This document shows, piece after piece, positions 1 through 6,586 of a stretch of DNA of 26,584 nt. The notes beneath the pieces are model-generated. The model was not told the origin of the DNA. It searched no databases and saw only the letters and a program-made list of their open reading frames with translations. Position 1 is the first letter of the stretch; each line of letters starts with the position of its first letter. This DNA comes from a virus (lineage: Duplodnaviria; Caudoviricetes): IMG/VR virus record IMGVR_UViG_3300022742_000112, positions 1-26,584 of that record; one strand, given 5' to 3'. Both the position numbers and the translations under genes were made by a program.

Positions 1-141
1 TTAGCCGGAGCCGTCGCCGGAGCCGTCGCCGTCGCCGTAGCCGTAGCCGGAGCCGTCGCCGTCGCCGTAGCCGGAGCCGGAGCCGGAGCCGTAGCCGGAG
101 CCGTCGCCGGAGCCGGAGCCGGAGCCGGTTACTGCTTCCAT
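1..141 (-). CDS. 46-aa Gly-X repeat microprotein MEAVTGSGSGSGDGSGYGSGSGSGYGDGDGSGYGYGDGDGSGDGSG (not in ORF track)
   Basis: Hand translation: ATG at 141-139 lies inside the last codons of the upstream gene (13-nt overlap), TAA at 3-1; 21 Gly alternate strictly with S/D/Y. Confidence 0.75.
   Translation of the reverse strand: MEAVTGSGSGSGDGSGYGSGSGSGYGDGDGSGYGYGDGDGSGDGSG
4..126 (-). repeat. Hexanucleotide tandem array GGC-(TCC/GAC/TAC), 20 units plus a final GGC
   Basis: Read directly: 10 GGCTCC, 6 GGCGAC, 4 GGCTAC; the 24-nt block at 19-42 recurs at 49-72. Confidence 0.97.
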
Positions 142-428
142 ACCGGTACCGACGCGATCGATTCGCGCGCGGCCTCGCTGATCGGAATGATTTCGATGAC
201 GCCCTTGAGCATCACTTCGGGCACGGCCTCAGGGAACTTGCATTCCCGCGGCTTCGTGGTGCCACTGCTAGCCAGTTGAGAGAGGCTTGCGGCGCCGTCC
301 CAGTACCAAATGCGGCGAGCGTCGGTGACGACTGCGGTATCACCTTCGATCTCAGTCAGCGTCCCGGCGAACACGCCAGCGCTGAGGGTGCGGACCATGC
401 AGTAGCGGCCCGTGAAGTTCGTGTTCAT
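129..428 (-). CDS. Small phage protein, first gene of the PL operon (resembles the DUF6948 family as recalled, unverified)
   Basis: 99 aa; strong SD (CAGGAG) upstream; motifs VRTxSAGVFAG and ARRIWYWDGAASLSQLA. Confidence 0.85.
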   Translation of the reverse strand: MNTNFTGRYCMVRTLSAGVFAGTLTEIEGDTAVVTDARRIWYWDGAASLSQLASSGTTKPRECKFPEAVPEVMLKGVIEIIPISEAARESIASVPVWKQ

Positions 429-584
429 GCGTTCTCCTGGTTGTGCGGTGAATGACTGCTGCGATCCCTTCCCCCTTCGCGGCTTCCTCGCGCTTTGCTG
501 CGCCGTGTGCTGCTACGCCTGCCGCTTCAGGGTCTTCCCCGGCTATGCGGGGCTGCGGCTTCGTGGGGTGATGCGATGGGGTGA

Positions 585-613
585 AGTATCACAAATGTGT
601 TTGTGGATGTCAA
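585..613 (-). promoter_or_regulatory. PL-like sigma70 promoter
   Basis: Minus strand TTGACA (613-608), 17-nt spacer, GATACT (590-585); same hexamers as lambda PL. Confidence 0.85.
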
Positions 614-626
614 ACACAATCGTGAT
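588..626. promoter_or_regulatory. Two OL-like operators: ATCAC-AAAT-GTGTT (588-601) and AACAC-AATC-GTGAT (613-626)
   Basis: Same 14-bp pseudo-palindrome as the three sites between cI and cro; they overlap the PL hexamers. Confidence 0.85.
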
Positions 627-636
627 GTTCGAGGGC

Positions 637-661
637 AAAAGAAAACCCGCCGAAGCGGGTT
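637..661 (-). terminator. Intrinsic terminator ending the cI-lipoprotein transcript
   Basis: Minus strand AACCCGC-TTCG-GCGGGTT followed by TTCTTTT, about 25 nt past the lipoprotein stop. Confidence 0.9.
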
Positions 662-685
662 GGTGTGTTCGCAGCGAAGAGGGGC

Positions 686-1033
686 TTAAACGCCGTTCTT
701 CTCCCAGTCGGTCTCTTTGGTTGGCACCCCGGGTGTTGGGATTGGCTTAGGCCTGCAGTGGTTGCCCTCCCATTTCGACGACACCACAAGTCCCTTCTGC
801 AGCTCGAAGGTGGTGTCGCAGAACCGTTCGAATGGCTTGTTTGCAGTCACCGGGATGTCTTCTCGGAACCGCAAGAATGAGGACGCTCCCACCGTGTAGC
901 GCTGGGTCGGAATCCCCCAGCCGCGAATCAGCGTCGCCTCATCCTTGCCCCGCCAATCGTCCAGATTCGCGATGTAGGCGGGGGTGTGCCGGCATGCCGC
1001 AAGCAGCAAGGCTGCCAAAACTATCCAGCGCAT
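686..1033 (-). CDS. Lipoprotein coupled to cI (candidate superinfection exclusion/moron)
   Basis: Signal peptide with lipobox (MRWIVLAALLLAA-C); start overlaps the cI stop (TGATG); two more Cys in the mature part. Confidence 0.8.
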   Translation of the reverse strand: MRWIVLAALLLAACRHTPAYIANLDDWRGKDEATLIRGWGIPTQRYTVGASSFLRFREDIPVTANKPFERFCDTTFELQKGLVVSSKWEGNHCRPKPIPTPGVPTKETDWEKNGV

Positions 1034-1695
1034 CAGATTCTCTCGCTTTGCTTATAGACCGCGCGCCCCAGGATCTTCACGTCCTCGGTGCACCGTTTAT
1101 CGGGGTAGCGGCGCTTGTCCGCGTTGTCTGAAGTCAGCCACCATTCGCCGCCATCGCGACGCATCCTCTTGATGACGGCTTCGCCTTCATAGTTGGCGGC
1201 AAACACCTCGCCGTCCGCGGGTGCGGCATCGGCTAGGTTAATAACCACCACGTCCCCATCGAACAGGCTCGTCTCCATGCTCTGGCCGGCCACGCGCAAG
1301 GCGATCAGGCGCTCTGGCTCGTAGCCATGCAACGCAAACCAATCTGCCCGGAAGAAGATCGGCCGGCTCTCGCCTTCCTGGTACTCGATTCCATATCCGT
1401 GCGCGCCAGCGGAGAGCTTTAGCTCAGCCCGCCTGACCGGCAAATAGTCCGAGGGGGCGGGCGCAAAGGCCTGTACACCCTCGGGACCATTTTCAGGGCC
1501 GATCCCATCAGAAAGCCAAAGGGGAGACTTGCCCAGGACCGCCGCCATCCGCGCCAGGTAGCTGGAAGATTTTCTGGTGCCCGACTCAAGATTCCCGATG
1601 ACCGACTGACCGCACCCGGCGGCCTTGGCTAGGTCGGTTTGAGTCAATCCCTTTTCCTCACGGGCCTTGCGCAGGCGTTCCGATAGCGTCGGCAT
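1033..1695 (-). CDS. cI: CI-type repressor (XRE HTH + S24 autopeptidase), 220 aa
   Basis: LSERLRKAREEKGLTQTDLA HTH, Ala-Gly site (LSAG), VAGQSM serine and IKRM lysine motifs. Start placed at ATG 1695; the track extension to 1941 is antisense to cro. Confidence 0.93.
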   Translation of the reverse strand: MPTLSERLRKAREEKGLTQTDLAKAAGCGQSVIGNLESGTRKSSSYLARMAAVLGKSPLWLSDGIGPENGPEGVQAFAPAPSDYLPVRRAELKLSAGAHGYGIEYQEGESRPIFFRADWFALHGYEPERLIALRVAGQSMETSLFDGDVVVINLADAAPADGEVFAANYEGEAVIKRMRRDGGEWWLTSDNADKRRYPDKRCTEDVKILGRAVYKQSERI

Positions 1696-1758
1696 ATCGC
1701 AATTGTGATATCTAACGCCATCACTATGGTGTTTGACATCGCTAAACACGATTGTGAT
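1696..1758. promoter_or_regulatory. Three OR-like operators: ATCGC-AATT-GTGAT (1696-1709), ATCAC-TATG-GTGTT (1720-1733), AACAC-GATT-GTGAT (1745-1758)
   Basis: Three 14-bp pseudo-palindromes at 24-25 nt spacing between divergent cI and cro, as in lambda OR. Confidence 0.88.
1702..1730 (-). promoter_or_regulatory. PRM-like promoter for cI
   Basis: Minus strand -10 CACAAT (1707-1702) 6 nt before the cI ATG; poor -35 (ACCATA), as expected if repressor-activated. Confidence 0.55.
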
Positions 1759-1761
1759 AAT
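1733..1761 (+). promoter_or_regulatory. PR-like sigma70 promoter
   Basis: TTGACA (1733-1738), 17 nt, GATAAT (1756-1761). Confidence 0.88.
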
Positions 1762-1767
1762 GGGGTT

Positions 1768-1983
1768 ATGGACATCCGAAAGAACGTCTCCGACCTCATC
1801 GAGGCCGGTGTCACGCAAGGCGAGATCGCCGACGCTGCCGGGTGCGCTCAATCGACCATCTCCATGCTGTACAGGGGTGAGCGGGGCGCACGGCCTTCTG
1901 CCGAACTCGTCGCTGGCATCAAGCGAGCTATGCGTAAGCATCGCAAGCGCATCAAGGCCGCCTCCGAAGCCGCCGCAGCATGA
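1768..1983 (+). CDS. cro: Cro-like HTH regulator, 71 aa
   Basis: GVTQGEIADAAGCAQSTISML HTH; divergent from cI; ATG just after PR. Confidence 0.85.
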   Translation: MDIRKNVSDLIEAGVTQGEIADAAGCAQSTISMLYRGERGARPSAELVAGIKRAMRKHRKRIKAASEAAAA

Positions 1984-2191
1984 ATTCCCCCATGTATCCG
2001 ATCGCGCCGGCCCATAAGGGCATGCCGCAGATGCCGCAGAAGACCGCGAGCACTCCGGTTAGCGCCGCCCAGGCCGACGTATCCCCGAACACCCAGCGCC
2101 CGAGCCACCACACGCCGAACGCGGAGGCAAGCGCAAGTGCGCCGATGGCCGTTGTCATCGCCAAGAAAGCCAGTACCTGCAGCAAACCCAT
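1952..2191 (-). CDS. Small two-TM membrane protein antisense to the PR operon
   Basis: 79 aa with two hydrophobic segments and a basic tail (RRLRRRP); SD AGGGAG 5 nt before the ATG. Confidence 0.6.
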   Translation of the reverse strand: MGLLQVLAFLAMTTAIGALALASAFGVWWLGRWVFGDTSAWAALTGVLAVFCGICGMPLWAGAIGYMGEFMLRRLRRRP

Positions 2192-2222
2192 TGTGTCTCC
2201 CTGTCCCTTGGTGGGGCTCCCT

Positions 2223-2252
2223 GTGGCCGGCCCTCGGGCTGGCCGCTTTTTT
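2223..2252 (+). terminator. tR1-like intrinsic terminator between cro and the CII-like gene
   Basis: GTGGCCGGCC-CTCG-GGCTGGCCGC stem (with G-U pairs) followed by TTTTTT. Confidence 0.8.
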
Positions 2253-2326
2253 CGTTTCCGTCATGGCTGCCATTTTCAGGCCGGCCACTGATAACCCCCG
2301 ATTCCGACTGATAGGGATTCGTCTCA

Positions 2327-2731
2327 ATGCGTATCAGTGATTCTCAGCCGCCCCAGCCGCAGCAGCTGGTTCTCGCCTACGACCCGACACTGCGAGAGCG
2401 CTTCGGCAGCCTCAAGGAGAGCGTAGCCGCAGGCATCTACAAGCGCGGCCTGAAGCGCATGGCGGGCGATCTCGATGAAGCGCCCGGGAACCTCTCGGTG
2501 CAGATCTCCGGCGAGGGCCAGCGCAAGTTCGATCTGGATCAGCTGGAGCGCTACATCCAGGTCACCGGCGACCACACGCCCATCTTCTACCTGATCGCCC
2601 GCTACCTGCCGGACGGCGAACGCGCCGACCGCGAAGACGCAATGGAGCAGGTGACGAACCTTCTGCAGGCGCTGCCGCAGCTACTCGTGACGGCGGGTCT
2701 GGACAACACCAAGCGCAAGGGGAGCCGGTAA
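2327..2731 (+). CDS. CII-like phage regulatory protein
   Basis: Position after cro; HTH-like segment (LKRMAGDLDEAPGNLSVQIS) and the motif TGDHTPIFYL. Confidence 0.6.
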   Translation: MRISDSQPPQPQQLVLAYDPTLRERFGSLKESVAAGIYKRGLKRMAGDLDEAPGNLSVQISGEGQRKFDLDQLERYIQVTGDHTPIFYLIARYLPDGERADREDAMEQVTNLLQALPQLLVTAGLDNTKRKGSR

Positions 2732-2895
2732 TGAGCAAGGTCACGATCACTCTGGTTGACAACGAAGAAGAGGGCAGCGTTGAGGTGTCGCTCGACTTCG
2801 GCGACGAGGGTGCGCAGGAAGGAAGCACTGCCCATCTCATGGGAGTGAAGGCGCTCCGATTCCTCAACGACATGTCGGATGAGGAGGACGAATGA
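2731..2895 (+). CDS. Small acidic hypothetical protein, 54 aa (MSKVTITLVDNEEEG...; not in track)
   Basis: TAATG coupling with the upstream stop, SD GGGAG, ATGA coupling with the next gene. Confidence 0.7.
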   Translation: MSKVTITLVDNEEEGSVEVSLDFGDEGAQEGSTAHLMGVKALRFLNDMSDEEDE

Positions 2896-3128
2896 TGCGT
2901 GGACGTACCGGACTGTTGCTCGCGGCAGCGCTCGCCCTGGCAACGAATCCTCTGATGCCTGCCATGGAAGCGCCTGCGGCAGTCGTGCGCAGCATCAGCA
3001 AGCGCCAGAAGCGCGGCGGCCTGCGCGCCATCGTTGCCATCGGAGGCTACCTGAAGAGGCCCCGCCAAACGCATAAGCAGGCGCGCCGCCAGGCGCTGAA
3101 GGCGCGCGCGAAGCGGAGGGCCGCATGA
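2892..3128 (+). CDS. Hypothetical protein with hydrophobic N-terminus and very basic C-terminus
   Basis: SD GAGGAGG; ATGA overlaps at both ends. Confidence 0.6.
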   Translation: MMRGRTGLLLAAALALATNPLMPAMEAPAAVVRSISKRQKRGGLRAIVAIGGYLKRPRQTHKQARRQALKARAKRRAA

Positions 3129-3268
3129 CCACCGCCCTCTACATCGTCCTGGCCTTCGCACCTGCCGTGGTCATCGTGCTTCTGGGCGTCGCTGTTCTGT
3201 GGCGGCGCCACGTCGAAGACGAGCGGCAAGCCCGCATCGCCGACGTCATTGCGCGCGGGAGGGAGTGA
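3125..3268 (+). CDS. 47-aa single-pass membrane protein (MTTALYIVLAFAPAVVIVLLGVAVLWRRH...; not in track)
   Basis: ATGA overlap, SD GGAGG, one hydrophobic helix followed by RRH. Confidence 0.65.
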   Translation: MTTALYIVLAFAPAVVIVLLGVAVLWRRHVEDERQARIADVIARGRE

Positions 3269-3272
3269 CCCG

Positions 3273-3620
3273 GTGTTCAAGGTTCCCGAGCAATACCGCG
3301 TGAAGCATCCGTTTGGCTCTGGCGACGCAACCAATGGCGCCTTCCTGATTCCGGCCGGAGCCAAGCGGAATCTAGGTCTTGCTGTCATTGCGAGCGATGG
3401 CGAGGGCTGGGAGCACGTGAGCGTTTCGACCGCGATGCGCTGCCCGACCTGGGAAGAGATGTGCTTCGTCAAGAATCTGTTCTGGGACGAAGAGGACATG
3501 GTTATGCAGTACCACCCGCCCAAGTCGCTCTACGTGAATGTGCATCCGTACTGCCTTCACATGTGGCGTCCAACGAACGGAGCGGTGGTGCCAGTGCCGC
3601 CGGAATGGATGGTTGGGTAG
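3273..3620 (+). CDS. Conserved phage protein with WEHVSVS / CPTWEEM / HPYCLHMW motifs (DUF7694-like as recalled)
   Basis: GTG start after SD GGGAG; recognisable phage motif series. Confidence 0.8.
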   Translation: MFKVPEQYRVKHPFGSGDATNGAFLIPAGAKRNLGLAVIASDGEGWEHVSVSTAMRCPTWEEMCFVKNLFWDEEDMVMQYHPPKSLYVNVHPYCLHMWRPTNGAVVPVPPEWMVG

Positions 3621-3622
3621 GG

Positions 3623-4612
3623 ATGAACTATTACGAGCGCCACCTGGGCGACTACGCGCGAGACACGGCGCACTTGTCGATGCTCGAGCACGGCGCCTAC
3701 AGCCTGCTGCTGGATCGCTACTACGCGACTGAGCAGGGCATACCCGCTGACCAGGCGCACCGACTTGCGCGAGCTCGCACACGCGAGGAAAAGCAGGCGG
3801 TCGATGCCGTGCTCGAAGAGTTCTTCACTCTGCAAGACGGCGCATGGACCAACGCGAGGGCCGAGGAAGAAATCGCCAAGTACATCGCCAAGCAGCCCGA
3901 GGCAGACAAGCGACGCGAGAACGACAAAGAGCGCCAACGTCGTGCGCGCGAACGCCGGAAAGCCATGTTCGCGGAGCTGGACGTCCTCGGTGTGCGCATG
4001 CCATGGAACGCTACGACGGACGAGTTACAAGCTGAACTTGACCGCGCTACATCACAAAGCAGTCACGCGCCCGTCACGCCACCTGTCACGCGTGACAACA
4101 CGGCTACCAGACACCAGGCACCAGACACCAGTAAACCCTTCGATAACCCTAGCGGCAGCGATACGGTTGTCAGTGCCCCTCCGCTGGAGTCGCCGCCGCC
4201 TGCCGCGCGGGATGCGATCAGCATCAGGGCGACCGAAATGGCGGTCCTGCTGCGCCACCGGGGCGCGGCCCTGCAGGCAAGCGACCCCATCGTCCGGAGG
4301 TGGGCCGAGTCCGGCGTCACCGACGCACAGGCCCTCTCCGCCCTGGAGACGGCGCAGGAGCGTCGCGCCACGGCTGGCAGCGCCCAGCAGATCACTGCCG
4401 CCTACCTGAACCCGATGGTGCAGGACCAGCGCGCACCGCCTGGCACCGCGTCCGGCAAGCCCAGGGGCAGCAGGACCACCACCGTGCATGACCAACGCCG
4501 AGCCGCGGGTATCGCGATCTTCGGCAACCTCGACCAGCAGCAGGAGCGAAACGATGAGCGTGTCATCGACGCAAGCACCACCCCGGCCGCAAGAGCGGCG
4601 CTTGAGCGATAG
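3623..4612 (+). CDS. Replication initiator, DUF1376/YdaU family (lambda O position)
   Basis: N-terminal MNYYERHLGDYARDTAHLSMLEHGAYSLLLDRYY signature; start ATG 3623. Confidence 0.88.
   Translation: MNYYERHLGDYARDTAHLSMLEHGAYSLLLDRYYATEQGIPADQAHRLARARTREEKQAVDAVLEEFFTLQDGAWTNARAEEEIAKYIAKQPEADKRRENDKERQRRARERRKAMFAELDVLGVRMPWNATTDELQAELDRATSQSSHAPVTPPVTRDNTATRHQAPDTSKPFDNPSGSDTVVSAPPLESPPPAARDAISIRATEMAVLLRHRGAALQASDPIVRRWAESGVTDAQALSALETAQERRATAGSAQQITAAYLNPMVQDQRAPPGTASGKPRGSRTTTVHDQRRAAGIAIFGNLDQQQERNDERVIDASTTPAARAALER
4051..4150 (+). repeat. Candidate replication origin inside the initiator gene
   Basis: GTCACG at 4062, 4073 and 4085; palindrome TGTCACGCGTGACA 4084-4097; ACCAG at 4106, 4113, 4120 and 4127. 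Confidence 0.55.
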
Positions 4613-5114
4613 CGCCGTCCGGCGCCTGTTCGCCGAGTTGCAGGGCCTCTACGGCTCCCGCTGGATCGACATGTGGAAGCTGGGCCAGGTCCGCGAGAGC
4701 GACGGCGCAGACCTTGGGTTGCTCAACGCCCAGGACGTGTGGGCCAAGGCTCTGGGCGGTTTCGCAGACCACCTCGACATCCTCCGCCAAGCGCTGCAGG
4801 CCTGCCATTCGCGTCCGTTCCCGCCGACGCTGCCCGAGTTCCTGGAGTCCTGCCGCAGCTTCTGCCACGGGCCGCTAGTGCCGAAGGAGCGCCACCTAAC
4901 GGTGGTGCGCAATACGCAAGAGCCGGACCCTGCCGAGACCGCGGCGCGCGCCCAAGAGGCTCTGGAGAGGGCGCGCTCTGTGACGGTCAAGGGGCCCAGC
5001 TACGACTACAAGGGTTGGGCGAAGAAGATCGTCGCGAACCCGAAGAACTACCCAGCGATGAGCTTGAAGCTCGCCCGTGAAGCGCTGGGAGCCGCGGATG
5101 AGGCGCTGGCATGA
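4554..5114 (+). CDS. Replication protein P-like helicase loader
   Basis: Follows the initiator; LYGSRW and PFPPTLPEFLESCR motifs; ATG 4554 after SD AGGAG. Confidence 0.7.
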   Translation: MSVSSTQAPPRPQERRLSDSAVRRLFAELQGLYGSRWIDMWKLGQVRESDGADLGLLNAQDVWAKALGGFADHLDILRQALQACHSRPFPPTLPEFLESCRSFCHGPLVPKERHLTVVRNTQEPDPAETAARAQEALERARSVTVKGPSYDYKGWAKKIVANPKNYPAMSLKLAREALGAADEALA

Positions 5115-5386
5115 ATCTCAAATGCGCCGGTTGCGGCAAGGCGCACCAAGAGGTGCGCCTCCTGGTAGCGCTGACTGACACGCTCCATATCTGCAATGAA
5201 TGCGTCGACCTTTGCTTGGAAATCTGTGCCGATAAGACCTACGGGGGAGACGGCTTTGTGAGGATTGCAACCAAGGAGTTGGAGTCGCTACGAAAGCAGG
5301 TTCACCAAGCGGAAATGACCAAGATTTGGATTTCCAGCGTCCGCGACGCTATGGATAGGGCTGATGCAGTTGGAGGAGCGGCATGA
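5111..5386 (+). CDS. ClpX-type C4 zinc-finger protein
   Basis: CAGCGKAHQEVRLLVA...ICNECVDLCLEI matches the ClpX N-terminal zinc-binding pattern. Confidence 0.8.
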   Translation: MNLKCAGCGKAHQEVRLLVALTDTLHICNECVDLCLEICADKTYGGDGFVRIATKELESLRKQVHQAEMTKIWISSVRDAMDRADAVGGAA

Positions 5387-5595
5387 GCAGAGACGTGCTT
5401 TGGATGACCGTCAATCGCCTCTCAATCGAGGTCAAGGTTTCGGACTGCTGGACGCTAAACGACAAGCCAGTCCGGCTCATGTGCGTGCCGTTCGAGTTCG
5501 AAGCCCCGGAAGGCATGAAATTCAGGTTTGCGCGCCGGATCATCGTGTTGTGGTTTGCCATCTGGATCGTGCTCGAAGAGAAGGCCTCGGCATGA
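5383..5595 (+). CDS. Hypothetical protein
   Basis: ATGA overlap, SD GGAGGAG; fills the gap in a tightly packed operon. Confidence 0.6.
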   Translation: MSRDVLWMTVNRLSIEVKVSDCWTLNDKPVRLMCVPFEFEAPEGMKFRFARRIIVLWFAIWIVLEEKASA

Positions 5596-5598
5596 CCC

Positions 5599-5784
5599 AT
5601 GGACACGACAAGCGAGCAGTGGCGGGCGATCTGCGAGGCGCGGACGGTAGCCCGATGGACCGAGGAACAGCGCAAGGCCTACTACGAGGACATGATGCGC
5701 AAGCGGGGCAGGGAAGCTGCGAACGCACTGATCGCGGATGTGAATCGGGAGAGGCGCGCGAATGAGCTACCTCATCGGGATTGA
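5599..5784 (+). CDS. Small conserved phage protein (SEQWRAICEAR...RKRG motif)
   Basis: Motif type commonly seen upstream of phage resolvases; operon packing. Confidence 0.7.
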   Translation: MDTTSEQWRAICEARTVARWTEEQRKAYYEDMMRKRGREAANALIADVNRERRANELPHRD

Positions 5785-6226
5785 CCCCGGCGCATCTGGG
5801 GCCGTGGTCGTGATGGACGCGAAACACTTCAACCTCATCGAGTGGGCCTTGATGCCCACGCTCAAGGTCGGCAAAGCAACGCGCGTCAATGCGCCCGCTC
5901 TCGCAGCGATGCTGCGAGACTTTGATGCCGGGCATGCCTACCTCGAACAGGTCGGCGCGATGCCGGGGCAGGGCACCGCCAGCATGTTCAGCTTCGGACA
6001 CTCCGCAGGCGTTGCAGCCGGTGTGCTGGGGGCCATGGAGATCACGACGACGCTGGTGGCGCCGCAGACATGGAAGAGGCGCGCCGGGCTCGTCGGCACC
6101 GAGAAGGACGCGGTGCGAGCACGCGCTATCCAGCTTTGGCCATCGTGGCGCGCGCTCGACAAGAAGGGGGCCGGACAGGCGTTTGCCGATGCGGCGCTGA
6201 TCGCAAGGTTTGGTGCAGCGGAATGA
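5762..6226 (+). CDS. RuvC-like Holliday junction resolvase
   Basis: IGIDPGASGA, YLEQV, SMFSFG, PQTWK and ADAALIA motifs. Confidence 0.88.
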   Translation: MSYLIGIDPGASGAVVVMDAKHFNLIEWALMPTLKVGKATRVNAPALAAMLRDFDAGHAYLEQVGAMPGQGTASMFSFGHSAGVAAGVLGAMEITTTLVAPQTWKRRAGLVGTEKDAVRARAIQLWPSWRALDKKGAGQAFADAALIARFGAAE

Positions 6227-6232
6227 CGTCTC

Positions 6233-6586
6233 ATGGCTAAGTGCATCTTTTGCGGCGGCAGAGCCGAGTTGCTGTGCGATAGCAGGCTTGGATGGGAGCG
6301 CATGCGTGGGCAGATGGCGAAGGACGCGCCGAATCTGCTGGCCCTCTCATCCGATTGCATCCCCTCCCGGTATCGGGTCGTGCACACGTGCGACGCGCCG
6401 CTGTGCCGCGCATGCGCCGTGAGCGACGGCACGATGCATTTTCGACTGCGCCATGGTCCGTCCTTCTCGGAGAGCGTCGACTACTGCCCTGGACACAGTT
6501 TTGGCACGCTCAGAAAAGAGATCACCGGGCTGGAAGCCGAGGCTATGCGGGCAGCTTGGCGCCGAAGTGCGAGAACAAAGCGATGA
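6233..6586 (+). CDS. Cys-rich putative zinc-binding protein
   Basis: CIFC...LLCD...TCDAPLCRAC...DYCPGH pattern. Confidence 0.7.
   Translation: MAKCIFCGGRAELLCDSRLGWERMRGQMAKDAPNLLALSSDCIPSRYRVVHTCDAPLCRACAVSDGTMHFRLRHGPSFSESVDYCPGHSFGTLRKEITGLEAEAMRAAWRRSARTKR

Noticed and set aside
1-126. Repeat array as CRISPR or telomere-like repeat
   Set aside because: Six-nt units without spacers; it reads as a clean Gly-X ORF with start and stop.
1696-1941. N-terminal extension of cI (302-aa ORF) and upstream starts of cro (1705)
   Set aside because: They run through the operators and promoters or antisense to cro; the HTH domains start at 1695 and 1768.
1980-2291. Plus-strand 103-aa ORF coupled to the cro stop
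   Set aside because: Low-complexity mirror of the minus-strand membrane ORF and it crosses the terminator; not fully excluded given the ATGA overlap.
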